Positions 47,433 to 56,913 of a stretch of DNA of 64,000 nucleotides are shown here, piece after piece (position 1 is the stretch's first letter; every line of letters starts with the position of its first letter). The stretch spans positions 1 through 64,000 of IMG/VR virus record IMGVR_UViG_3300032334_000488; one strand, written 5' to 3'. Position numbers and translations under genes: made by a program. The stretch comes from a virus. Below the pieces are notes generated by a model. The model saw nothing but the letters and a program-made list of their open reading frames with translations. It ran no database searches and had not been told where the DNA came from.

Positions 47433-50057
47433 TTGAGACCATTGCGTTTATTCGCAACACTATTTCTCACAACAGTTCTTTATTTATTAGGTCAATCAAC
47501 TTCGTATGCAGATGATGTCGTGCCACCTGCCCCAGAACAGGTGGTCGTTAGTCCTGCCCAAGCAGCGGTAAACACTGCACTGGCTACAGCAACGGTTGAG
47601 GTTGCTCAAGCAGTTGCTGCATCAGATACAGCCACAGCAACAGTAGCAACAGCAGTAACTGCAGTTACAACCGCAAACACAGAAGTTGCTCAAGCAAATA
47701 CCGCAGTAGCAACAGCAGTTGCAGCGGTTGCAGAGGTTGCAAACACCAGTTCGATTGCACCAACTGCAGCCACAGTAACACAAGACGTTACTACTGCAGT
47801 AGCAGCAGTAACCAATGCAGTCGCAGCAATACCTGCAAATGCAACAACAGCAACCTCAGAGGTTACAACTGCACAGACTACTGTTACAGAAGCAACAGCA
47901 ACAGTAGCCGCAGCAACAACAACTTTGGTTGAGGCTGTAGTTGCAGCATCTACACCTGCAGCAAGCGCTACACCAACACCCGAAGTAACAATTACCCAGG
48001 TTGCAACTCAAGTAGCAACAGAGGCGGCACAAGCAGCAACAGCAACAACTGCCGTACAGAATGCAGCAACTCAAATACAAGAAGCAAGCACTGCAGTAAC
48101 AGCCGCAACTACAGCCGTTGCAGCAGTTTCTCCAGCACGTACGGAAGCACAAACTCAGTTAACACAAGCCAACGTAGCAATTAACAACGCACAAGATGCA
48201 GTCAACGCACTAGCGGCAACTATTGGTGCTTCAACAAACGTGTTAGCAAACACTGATGATGCTGGCGTTCGTATGAACCTACCGTTTAATTTACGTATGG
48301 GTAATACTGTTTACAACAATGTCTACGTAGGATCTAACGCAACTATTACTTTTGGCGTTAACGAAGGCGGAAACTACTACTCAACACCTTCTGCACCATC
48401 TATTTCTATTGCAGGATATGACTGGACCACATGGAGTAATGGCTCTGGCGTTACTTACTCAACAACTACTAATACCCTTACTGTTGCTTGGGATGTGCGT
48501 CCATACCCTCAAATGACTGCAGATACACAGATGACTCAAATTCGTTTTAACGCCGATGTCAATCCAGCAGATGGGGCATGGGCAGCCGACGTAAGCGTTA
48601 CTGGCCCAATCCCAAACGGTGCTCGCTTTAACATTCGTCCAACTACTAACGGAACAATTATTCCAATTATTGACACAAACTCTGGTCCTGGATTTAACGG
48701 AACTATTAGCCAAGGTGCGCCATTTACACCAATTCCAGACCCAAGTACTGCTGCAGTTCAGTCTGCAATTGATACTGCAAATGCACAGATCGCAACTTTA
48801 AATGCTGCGATTACAAACGTGGTTGCTGCTAATACTGCAACTGCAACAGCAGCATCACGAATTGCCCCAGTAACCGCAGTATCTGCAAACACGGTTACAG
48901 CATTAAACACAGCCACTACAGACTTGACTACTAAAGTTGAGAACCTTGCAGTTGTTTCTACTGCAGTTGACAAGGTAGTAACAGCGCCAACAGTTATTGA
49001 ATCAGCACAAACAACTATTACTGCTATTCCTGCTCCCGCTCCAGAACCTGCGCCCACTCCTGCTCCCACACCACAACCACAGCCAGAGCCACAACCCCAG
49101 CCAACACCAGACCCAACACCATCCCCAGAACCAACACCTGAACCTCCTACTCCTGATCCAATTCCTGAACCACCTGTAAATCCTCCTGATACTGACACAG
49201 GTCCTGATATGCCTCCTCAACCTTCTGAAGAGCCTCCTGCACCTGCGGAGGAACCACCAGTACCTGTTGAGGAGCCACCAGCAACTGCTGAAGAACCACC
49301 TGCGACTGCTGAAGAACCGCCTGTAGCAATTCCTGATCCTGATGGTTCGATTGGTGAACCAGAAACTCCAGCCGAGCCACCAGTAGACCCAGCGCCTGAA
49401 CCTGAACCTGAGCCTGCTCCTGAACCTGCTCCTGCGCCAGAACCAGCGCCTGAACCAAAGCCTGAACCTGCTCCTGCACCTGAACCTCCTGCTCCTGCTC
49501 CTACACCAACTGTAGCAGAGGCTGTTAAAGATGCGATGGCAGATGGAAAACTTACAAACGCTGAGAAGGCTGTTGTTGCTGAGGCACTTATTGCTGCAGT
49601 TGCACCAGGTCAAGCAGTCAGTGCTGCAGACATAAAAGAAGCAGGACTTGAATACAAAGATCTTCCTCCAGCAACTCCTGTAGAGGTTCGCACCGATGAG
49701 AAGGGTAATGAAGTTATCATTACTGCAGAAGTTGCGGCACAAGTTGAATTGTTACAAGATCCAGGCGCATTATTATCAACAGCACTATCTGATCCAGGCG
49801 CAGCGTTAGCAGCCCTTGGAAGTATCGGTGCAGATATGTCACCAGAAGAACGTGAAGAAGCGACAAAGATGGTTGTTGCAACAGTGATTGCATCTGGCGC
49901 TGCGTTGAACGCAGTAGGTGCAGCAGCAGGAGCAGCAACTGGTGGTGCCACTGGAGGATCACGAAGTGGTGGCGGTGGTTCTGGTGGCGGTAGCGGTGGC
50001 GGTGGAGGCGGTTCTAGTGAGAGCAAAGCAATGAGACGAAGAAAGGAAGCAATATGA
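47433..50057 (+). CDS. large exported Ala/Thr- and Pro/Glu-rich surface protein
   Basis: signal peptide, A/T/V helical repeats, globular domain, PE/PT stalk, C-terminal hydrophobic segment, Gly-rich basic tail. Confidence 0.8.
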   Translation: MRPLRLFATLFLTTVLYLLGQSTSYADDVVPPAPEQVVVSPAQAAVNTALATATVEVAQAVAASDTATATVATAVTAVTTANTEVAQANTAVATAVAAVAEVANTSSIAPTAATVTQDVTTAVAAVTNAVAAIPANATTATSEVTTAQTTVTEATATVAAATTTLVEAVVAASTPAASATPTPEVTITQVATQVATEAAQAATATTAVQNAATQIQEASTAVTAATTAVAAVSPARTEAQTQLTQANVAINNAQDAVNALAATIGASTNVLANTDDAGVRMNLPFNLRMGNTVYNNVYVGSNATITFGVNEGGNYYSTPSAPSISIAGYDWTTWSNGSGVTYSTTTNTLTVAWDVRPYPQMTADTQMTQIRFNADVNPADGAWAADVSVTGPIPNGARFNIRPTTNGTIIPIIDTNSGPGFNGTISQGAPFTPIPDPSTAAVQSAIDTANAQIATLNAAITNVVAANTATATAASRIAPVTAVSANTVTALNTATTDLTTKVENLAVVSTAVDKVVTAPTVIESAQTTITAIPAPAPEPAPTPAPTPQPQPEPQPQPTPDPTPSPEPTPEPPTPDPIPEPPVNPPDTDTGPDMPPQPSEEPPAPAEEPPVPVEEPPATAEEPPATAEEPPVAIPDPDGSIGEPETPAEPPVDPAPEPEPEPAPEPAPAPEPAPEPKPEPAPAPEPPAPAPTPTVAEAVKDAMADGKLTNAEKAVVAEALIAAVAPGQAVSAADIKEAGLEYKDLPPATPVEVRTDEKGNEVIITAEVAAQVELLQDPGALLSTALSDPGAALAALGSIGADMSPEEREEATKMVVATVIASGAALNAVGAAAGAATGGATGGSRSGGGGSGGGSGGGGGGSSESKAMRRRKEAI

Positions 50058-50218
50058 GAATCCTAAAAGACATGGTTGACCAACTATGGACTCTCCTTGG
50101 AATGTTCATTGCATGGGTCGTACTCGACGGAAGTGCAAAGACTATCGTTGGATACGCCATTATTGGAACAATCTTTGCTTGGGTCATTACGTATCCCCTG
50201 CGTAATCGAGACGAATAA
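50054..50218 (+). CDS. small two-TM membrane protein
   Basis: MRILKDMVDQLWTLLGMFIAWVVL...; coupled to surface protein. Confidence 0.65.
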   Translation: MRILKDMVDQLWTLLGMFIAWVVLDGSAKTIVGYAIIGTIFAWVITYPLRNRDE

Positions 50219-50254
50219 GGGATTATTAGGCGAGGGCACTTAGTAAGGAGAAAC

Positions 50255-50446
50255 ATGGATATCAACGTACTTAAGGCTGCAGGAGCAACTTGGCTTCGTG
50301 CATCTGTTGCTGCAGTAGCAGCACTCTACATGGCGGGCATCACAGACCCAAAGACATTGGCTAACGCTTTTGTTGCAGGTCTACTTGGACCAGCAGCAAA
50401 GTTTGTAAATCCAAAAGACCCATCATACGGTTTCGGCAAGAAGTAA
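50255..50446 (+). CDS. holin-like protein
   Basis: two short hydrophobic helices, basic C-terminus. Confidence 0.6.
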   Translation: MDINVLKAAGATWLRASVAAVAALYMAGITDPKTLANAFVAGLLGPAAKFVNPKDPSYGFGKK

Positions 50447-50464
50447 TTTAAAGGAGAAGCACCA

Positions 50465-50845
50465 GTGACAAATACCTTTGCAACTATTGGCATTGTTGCT
50501 GGTGCTCTCATTAGCATCGGAGTGCTCTTGAGCCCATTGTACAAAAAACTAAAACGCTTTATGCAATGGATGGAACGATTCATGCGTGACTGGGAAGGCG
50601 AAGAAGCCTCACCAGGACGTGATCGAGTTCCAGGTGTAATGGAGCGCCTTAATAAGATGGATGGCGAACTCAGCCAGAATGGCGGCTACACAACAGTCAA
50701 AGACCGAGTAGATCGTCTCTATGAAAACCAGGCACGGGTGATTGAGACCCAAGAAAAGATGCTAGAAGCCTTTGTAGAGATGGGTGAGCGTCTTATTGCC
50801 ATTGAAAATTGTTTGACAGACACAAAGACTGAACCCCGTATTTAA
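50465..50845 (+). CDS. membrane protein (lysis-associated type)
   Basis: N-terminal TM; DW.GE...PGVMERL...NGG...KD. Confidence 0.65.
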   Translation: MTNTFATIGIVAGALISIGVLLSPLYKKLKRFMQWMERFMRDWEGEEASPGRDRVPGVMERLNKMDGELSQNGGYTTVKDRVDRLYENQARVIETQEKMLEAFVEMGERLIAIENCLTDTKTEPRI

Positions 50846-50859
50846 GGGAAGATAGACCC

Positions 50860-51240
50860 ATGAATGAGATAAATCCTTTCCTATCTGTAAGCCGCATGAT
50901 CGGTGACCAGTACCGTAAGGGTGCTCGTCAAGCACGAGACATCAGCGTCCATCACGACCTTCAAACTGCACTAGCAACACATGCAGTTCAGTACGAGGCG
51001 GTAACTCGTCAAGCAGCACAACAGGCACGTTTGACTGAGCGCTCAGAAAAGAATCGCTCATCAAGAGCAACAGAGTTTTTTGGCATGGTTCATTCACACG
51101 CACAACCAGGAAAGCCAGTGTCAATTAAGCACGGAGACATTCACGCTAGTTACACACCTGCTGCTCCTGCAGTACCTGCTGCTCCTAAGCCAGGAAGAGT
51201 TCCTGTGAAGAAGAACAGGGGCGGAAAGAGCCCTCGCTAA
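50860..51240 (+). CDS. hypothetical protein
   Basis: ORF track. Confidence 0.6.
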   Translation: MNEINPFLSVSRMIGDQYRKGARQARDISVHHDLQTALATHAVQYEAVTRQAAQQARLTERSEKNRSSRATEFFGMVHSHAQPGKPVSIKHGDIHASYTPAAPAVPAAPKPGRVPVKKNRGGKSPR

Positions 51241-51590
51241 TGGCTGGCCAACTTGACAAGGGCCACGACTCTTACAGCCACTTTAACGACGGAGTCAACA
51301 GTCGTGTAAATCCCATGACTGCAATCGATAAGAAGATTCTAAATTTTGCTGTTAAGATTGCAAACAACCCAGTAACAAAGACTCACGGTCAGATCCTCCG
51401 TAACTTCGGAATGTATCCTCCAGAGTTTTGGACAAGGGCTCAGAATCTTTCTGGTCATCCAGAAGTTCCTGAAGAACACAAACAAAAACTTGCTGAAATG
51501 TTTCCAGACCCATCACGTCCAGGACCTATGGGTGGCGGTGCTGATGTGAACACAGAGAGCAAAAAGTTTAGTCATGGATTGGAGTGGTAA
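51240..51590 (+). CDS. hypothetical protein
   Basis: ORF track. Confidence 0.6.
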   Translation: MAGQLDKGHDSYSHFNDGVNSRVNPMTAIDKKILNFAVKIANNPVTKTHGQILRNFGMYPPEFWTRAQNLSGHPEVPEEHKQKLAEMFPDPSRPGPMGGGADVNTESKKFSHGLEW

Positions 51591-51841
51591 TGAAGTGTGT
51601 CAACTGCAGTAGACCAGCACTTTTTGAGTATCGCTTAACTGAAGAAACATCTATCTTTTATTGCGATAAAGATTTGCCAAAGTTCTTAGAAGAAAGAAAA
51701 AAGGCAGGTCTATTAACTCTTACTCAAGAGTACAAAGATTCGGCCAAGACAGCGTTAGAGGCTGTAACTTATGAGCCTTCTATTCCAGCATCGACAGATG
51801 AGGCTCCTAAGAAGAAGACCATTAAAAAGTCGGCAAAGTAA
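51584..51841 (+). CDS. hypothetical zinc-binding protein
   Basis: CVNC...YC. Confidence 0.55.
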   Translation: MVMKCVNCSRPALFEYRLTEETSIFYCDKDLPKFLEERKKAGLLTLTQEYKDSAKTALEAVTYEPSIPASTDEAPKKKTIKKSAK

Positions 51842-52078
51842 ATGAAGGTCATACGCAAGTTTGCGATACAAGGCCATGAAATTCCATCATCTGCTCACAG
51901 TCCTAGAGGACCATTTCCTCCAGAGGTTCTAGCAGGTCCTCAGATGGACCCTTCCGAATATCACTCTGATTCACTCCATGTAGGGTTAGATGACATCAGA
52001 TTCTTCAAATGCAAGGAATGCCACACAGTTCTAGAAACAAATGAACTTGAAGACCATGATTGCGATGATTTTAAGTAG
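51842..52078 (+). CDS. hypothetical zinc-finger protein
   Basis: CKEC...HDC. Confidence 0.55.
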   Translation: MKVIRKFAIQGHEIPSSAHSPRGPFPPEVLAGPQMDPSEYHSDSLHVGLDDIRFFKCKECHTVLETNELEDHDCDDFK

Positions 52079-52136
52079 ACTTGTCATGCCTCTAAGCGCA
52101 TGAGGCTTTAACTTCTCTAGAGAAAGCAGACTATTC

Positions 52137-52793
52137 ATGGCAACAAATAACAACGGTAATCTTCTAGATTCCGCAGGTGAGGTCGCTATTGACTTCGTAT
52201 GGGGTAACTTCCCTATTCAACCAAATGATGCTCGTCCAAACACAACAGCAGAGCGTCTAGATCCAGCATTAGATAGCCACATCATCGCTCTTTCAGGATG
52301 GAATGGCTACCCACAGTACACACCAGATACACCAGGAGAAGATGTAGCAGGTTCAACTGACTATATCCTTACTCCAAATGTTCTTGGTCTTACAACAGCA
52401 CTTGCACAAGATGCGTTGAAGGATGCGTCATTCGGAACAATCACTGTGAACACAGCAGCAACAAACGCTGCTAAGTCAATTACAGACGTTGACCGTGCTG
52501 AGGGCTCAACAACTGCTCGCATTACAGCAACAGGTGCAACTGCAGCATACCCAGTTGGTACAAAGATCACAGTCGCTTCAACAGGAACTGTTGATGGAAC
52601 TTGGACTGTAACTGCAAACGAAAGCACCGATAAGGTTTACTTTGTTACAAATGCAAGCACAGCATTGTCTACAGGAACTGGTTCAGTAATTGGTGTTCCA
52701 GGAACAATCAAGGCACAGTCAATTGCAGCAGCACAGAACAACATTGTTCCAGGTTCTGTAATTAACATTACACCTTGGGCAGCAGCATCCTAA
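52137..52793 (+). CDS. probable virion structural protein
   Basis: T/A/G-rich; PASTA-like TPNVLGLT..A...L segment. Confidence 0.6.
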   Translation: MATNNNGNLLDSAGEVAIDFVWGNFPIQPNDARPNTTAERLDPALDSHIIALSGWNGYPQYTPDTPGEDVAGSTDYILTPNVLGLTTALAQDALKDASFGTITVNTAATNAAKSITDVDRAEGSTTARITATGATAAYPVGTKITVASTGTVDGTWTVTANESTDKVYFVTNASTALSTGTGSVIGVPGTIKAQSIAAAQNNIVPGSVINITPWAAAS

Positions 52794-52810
52794 TCTGATA
52801 GGATAAAACA

Positions 52811-53449
52811 ATGGTACGTCCAGTAGGCGGCAGGGCTGTAAGCGGTCAACGCACATCCCTGCCGTCTTCTGACGAACTGAACCTTGCTATTGGTAAACAA
52901 TTTGGTCCAAGACAAATAGCAGGTATTGAAAAGATTACAGGTCCTTCTTATGGCGGACTTCCAGCAGCAGCCTCTTATGGTGAGTTTGATGAGATCATCT
53001 CTGTAATAAATGCAAATGACACGTTGGAGTACTACGATCCAACTACAGGCAATAACTACAACAACCTTGCTCAACTAGAAGGATCTCAAGATGGAGAAGA
53101 TGAGACTCCAGCAGAATTGACTTTAGTTCCAACTTCAACCACTAACCCAGAACGTCCTCGTACCGTGGCCGCTGGTTACGACAAAATTGATAATAAAATT
53201 ACAGTTGTATTCCGTGATGGAACCTTCTACAACTACTACCAAGTAACCCCAACAGAATGGCAGGCGTTTAAAGCCCGTGTATCAAAGGGACGTTACATCT
53301 ACAGTTATTTAGACTCAAAGCCTCGTGGACCTGCCGATGTTGTTGGAATCTCTGCAACAGCACGCAAAGCATTTTATCGCCTTGCTCGTGGATCTCAGGT
53401 ACACTACAAAGGCAAACCACAAAAACTCCCTAAACCAAAGAAACCGTGA
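52811..53449 (+). CDS. KTSC-domain protein
   Basis: AGYD.....ITVVFRDG..Y.YY.V....W..F....SKGRYI. Confidence 0.8.
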   Translation: MVRPVGGRAVSGQRTSLPSSDELNLAIGKQFGPRQIAGIEKITGPSYGGLPAAASYGEFDEIISVINANDTLEYYDPTTGNNYNNLAQLEGSQDGEDETPAELTLVPTSTTNPERPRTVAAGYDKIDNKITVVFRDGTFYNYYQVTPTEWQAFKARVSKGRYIYSYLDSKPRGPADVVGISATARKAFYRLARGSQVHYKGKPQKLPKPKKP

Positions 53450-53450
53450 T

Positions 53451-53852
53451 ATGCCTAAGGTACACAACATCGGATCAGTATTCGTTCAAGTAACTCGGTT
53501 CCCGTATGAGTGGGGAAACAAGGTTGTTGTACGTGGTTGGTCCCAAGAAATTGAAGAACCATTTAGAACTGCTAAACCGTTCATAGTACGTTTACCCAAG
53601 TACCATGGACTAGTCTTAGGCAAGTGGGGAGCCATGAAGGACGAAGAAGAAGCACTAAGCGGAGCACTAGCAAGACGGGAAGTTACATATGAGGATTTTA
53701 CGGAAGAAGCAGGTTGGACACCAGCCCCAGACTCGGATCGAGAAGCGAGTGTCGATGGTCTCTACTCCAGATTTGATCTCTTGGATGGAGCAAGCAATGT
53801 TTACAATCGGAAAGAGCATCTCGACATGGCAGAGGCACCAGAGCGAGGCTGA
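53451..53852 (+). CDS. hypothetical protein
   Basis: ATG directly after upstream stop. Confidence 0.55.
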   Translation: MPKVHNIGSVFVQVTRFPYEWGNKVVVRGWSQEIEEPFRTAKPFIVRLPKYHGLVLGKWGAMKDEEEALSGALARREVTYEDFTEEAGWTPAPDSDREASVDGLYSRFDLLDGASNVYNRKEHLDMAEAPERG

Positions 53853-53934
53853 TCTTGATGAGGTAGTCATGGGCGCTGAAGCCTTCTACGCTATTGCCAA
53901 AGAATTAAAGCGACGTTCACAGAGTTCACTATGA
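53689..53934 (+). CDS. hypothetical protein upstream of terminase
   Basis: ATGA overlap with terL; overlaps previous ORF. Confidence 0.45.
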   Translation: MRILRKKQVGHQPQTRIEKRVSMVSTPDLISWMEQAMFTIGKSISTWQRHQSEADLDEVVMGAEAFYAIAKELKRRSQSSL

Positions 53935-55511
53935 CCTTTGATGATGAGAAGTTTGAAGAGATAAGTCCTGAGTTCTATCAACAGGATGAACAGACTGAGC
54001 CTGAAGCAATCGATGAGCAGTTAGATGAACTGTCTCAGCAGTTTGTTGACAAACTCGTTGATAAAATTATGGACTTCCTCAAGGTTCTTGTAGGACACGA
54101 TCTTCATCCTTACCAAAAGCCTCTAGCACGTCGCATTATTGAGTCCGTCATCATTAACGATGGCGAAGAAATTACAGCGTTAGCATCTCGTCAGTCAGGA
54201 AAGTCAGAGACTGTTGCTGACACAGTAGCCACACTCATGGTGTTACTTCCAAGATTGGCAAAGTTATACCCAGACTTACTTGGTAAGTTTAAAGATGGCT
54301 TATGGGTAGGGCTATTTGCTCCTACTGAAGGACAGGCAGAAACTTTATTTGGTAGAACAGTAACTAGACTTACCTCAGAGCGTGCAATAGAAATCCTTGG
54401 CGATCCAGAAATTGACGATCAAACAGCACGTGTGGGTGGAGTAACTCGTCAGATCAAGTTAAAGAAGTCTGGCTCTAGCATCATGATGATGACTGCAAAC
54501 CCTCGTGCAAAGATTGAGTCTAAGTCATTCCATTTGATCGTGATTGATGAGTGCCAAGAGGCTGATGACTTTGTAGTCTCTAAGTCAATCTCTCCGATGC
54601 TTGCGTACTACGCAGGAACAATGGTAAAGACTGGAACACCTACAACTAGTAAGAACAACTTCTATAAAGCAATCCAAATGAATCGACGTCGTCAAACGAC
54701 TCGTGGTAATCGTCAGAATCATTTCCAGTGGGACTGGAGAGATGTTGCAAAGTTTAATGACAATTACGAGAAGTTTATTAGAAAAGAGATGCTACGCATC
54801 GGTGAGGAATCAGATGAATTTCAAATGTCGTACAACTGCAAATGGCTTCTTGAGCGAGGCATGTTTGTTACTTCGAACATTATGGACGACTTGGGCGACA
54901 CTTCTCAGGAACTGGTTAAGGTATGGCATAAAACCCCAGTCGTTGTCGGCATCGACCCTGCTCGTAAAACTGACTCTACAGTCGTTACTGTGGTTTGGGT
55001 TGATTGGGATCGTCCTGATGAGTTTGGTTACTTTGATCATCGAGTCCTTAACTGGCTAGAGATGCAGGGAGACGATTGGGAAGAGCAGTATTTCCAAATC
55101 GTAAACTTCCTCAGTAACTATGACGTCCTCGCTATCGGCGTAGATGCCAACGGTGTAGGTGATGCGGTAGCGCAACGTCTCAAGTTACTTATCCCTAGAG
55201 CAGAAGTTATGTCCTTAACCTCCAGCCCTAGTGAGCAATCCAAACGATGGAAGCACCTGCAAGCCCTGATTCAAAGAAAAATGGTTTCATGGCCTGCTCA
55301 TGCAAAGACACGACGTCTAAGAACTTGGAAAAGGTTTTATCAGCAGATGGTTGATGCAGAAGTTTCGTTTAAAGGACCGAATTATTTGGTTGCTGCTCCT
55401 GATGAGTCTTATGCTCATGATGACTTTGTAGACAGTCTAGGAATAGCCTGCAGTCTTACCCAAGACCTAGTGATGCCTGAGGTCGTTGCTTCTAGCAATC
55501 CGTTTTTTTAA
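53931..55511 (+). CDS. terL: terminase large subunit
   Basis: SRQSGKS, IVIDECQE, TGTP, GIDPAR..D, HDDFVDS. Confidence 0.93.
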   Translation: MTFDDEKFEEISPEFYQQDEQTEPEAIDEQLDELSQQFVDKLVDKIMDFLKVLVGHDLHPYQKPLARRIIESVIINDGEEITALASRQSGKSETVADTVATLMVLLPRLAKLYPDLLGKFKDGLWVGLFAPTEGQAETLFGRTVTRLTSERAIEILGDPEIDDQTARVGGVTRQIKLKKSGSSIMMMTANPRAKIESKSFHLIVIDECQEADDFVVSKSISPMLAYYAGTMVKTGTPTTSKNNFYKAIQMNRRRQTTRGNRQNHFQWDWRDVAKFNDNYEKFIRKEMLRIGEESDEFQMSYNCKWLLERGMFVTSNIMDDLGDTSQELVKVWHKTPVVVGIDPARKTDSTVVTVVWVDWDRPDEFGYFDHRVLNWLEMQGDDWEEQYFQIVNFLSNYDVLAIGVDANGVGDAVAQRLKLLIPRAEVMSLTSSPSEQSKRWKHLQALIQRKMVSWPAHAKTRRLRTWKRFYQQMVDAEVSFKGPNYLVAAPDESYAHDDFVDSLGIACSLTQDLVMPEVVASSNPFF

Positions 55512-55535
55512 CTAACATGTGATACCATTATTGGT

Positions 55536-56123
55536 ATGAATAAAACAAGCAACTTGTGTGAAGTAAAAGAATGCGTAAAACAGGCCAAATCAGTAGGCCT
55601 ATGTTCTATGCACTACGCTAGAAAACGCCGTCATGGAACTGTGGGATTGGCTAAGGAACAGAGGGAAAAACCTAATCAAGTTTGTTCAGTTGTAGAGTGT
55701 GGAAAAAAGGCATATGGGAAGTCTTTATGCTCTAAACATTGGCAAAGACTTCGTGCAAAAGGTACTTTGGAGGATCCTCCATCCCCAAAAATTGGTTGTA
55801 AAATTTTGAAGTGTACGAGTAACCACTTTGCGAAAGATATGTGCGAAAAGCATTACATGAGGCAAAATTGGTTGATAAAAGCATACGGAATAACTATGGA
55901 TGACCTACTTGAGAAAATAAAGGTACAAGACAATAGATGCAGTATTTGTAAGAACGAGTTTGACCTAAGTGCCCCTCAGTTTATCCACGTGGACCACAGC
56001 CATTCTACTGGGAAAGTACGGGACATCCTATGTCACTACTGCAACACTGGGCTTGGGATGTTCAAGGAAAACTCAGACTTTTTAAAGTCAGCAATTAAGT
56101 ACCTAAAAAAGCACAGCAATTAG
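55536..56123 (+). CDS. endonuclease VII-family HNH nuclease with CxxxxC...CxxH repeats
   Basis: three zinc repeats; VDHSH.TGKVR.ILC..CN.GLG. Confidence 0.88.
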   Translation: MNKTSNLCEVKECVKQAKSVGLCSMHYARKRRHGTVGLAKEQREKPNQVCSVVECGKKAYGKSLCSKHWQRLRAKGTLEDPPSPKIGCKILKCTSNHFAKDMCEKHYMRQNWLIKAYGITMDDLLEKIKVQDNRCSICKNEFDLSAPQFIHVDHSHSTGKVRDILCHYCNTGLGMFKENSDFLKSAIKYLKKHSN

Positions 56124-56199
56124 CAACATCGACTCTTACAAAAGGTGGAAACTATGTACTAAGGAAAAGGCCTTTCCAATACATCCTTAAGGAGTAAAT

Positions 56200-56595
56200 A
56201 TGACAATCTCACCAGCACCTCGCTTTCCAGAGCGTGCACCTCAGATCTACGAAATGAAAGAGTCTGGCAACGCAACTCGTCGTGGACCACTACGTTTTGA
56301 AGAAGGAATCGCAACTGACACAGATGTGCCAAACGATTTCCAGACAGGAATGATGTCAGGTTCTGCAACAGCACCTGGCCGTCCAAACCGCAACGCACCA
56401 GTGTGGCAGAAGTCTGCTGCTGAAACTCTTTCAGAGCGTGCACATGTAGGATCAGCATCATGGGTAGAAGCACCAACATATCTTGGTGAGTTTGCACATG
56501 GAACAATGAACGATTACTCAGGTGCTCAGATTGAGACTGCAGTTCGTTCAGGTGGACGTACACAGCGTATGTCTCCAACAGTCGTAAACGACTAA
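56200..56595 (+). CDS. head-module hypothetical protein
   Basis: SD AAGGAG; RRGPLRFEEGIATDTDVP. Confidence 0.7.
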   Translation: MTISPAPRFPERAPQIYEMKESGNATRRGPLRFEEGIATDTDVPNDFQTGMMSGSATAPGRPNRNAPVWQKSAAETLSERAHVGSASWVEAPTYLGEFAHGTMNDYSGAQIETAVRSGGRTQRMSPTVVND

Positions 56596-56664
56596 TAGTT
56601 TAGTAAGCACGCCGACCCACCCTTACACTAGTGTGAGGGTGGTTAGGCTATCCTTGGAGGAGAT

Positions 56665-56913
56665 ATGAGAAAACCAGCAAACCCAAAGTTGTACGCAACT
56701 ATTGTTGCTATGGCTCGTGCGAAGTACTCGTCGTATCCAAATCCAGGTGCATCAGCATGGGTGCATAAGAAGTACGTACAAAGCGGTGGACAGTTTATTG
56801 AGACCACTGAAGCAACACGTCGTGCAGGTATGGAAAAGAAGAAAGCCGACAAAGAAAAATCAAAACACTTGGAAGAGAAAAAAGACGTTAAGAAAGATAA
56901 GAAGAAGAAGTAA
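56665..56913 (+). CDS. small basic protein
   Basis: PANPKLY...YP...ASAWV...Y...GG; Lys-rich tail. Confidence 0.65.
   Translation: MRKPANPKLYATIVAMARAKYSSYPNPGASAWVHKKYVQSGGQFIETTEATRRAGMEKKKADKEKSKHLEEKKDVKKDKKKK

Noticed and set aside
47856-50026. Long antisense ORFs within the surface-protein gene
   Set aside because: Shadows of low-complexity Ala/Thr/Pro codons
5606-55511. Inteins or introns in polA, recA, nrdJ, terL
   Set aside because: ORFs are continuous and of ordinary length with no splicing motifs; nearby HNH genes are free-standing
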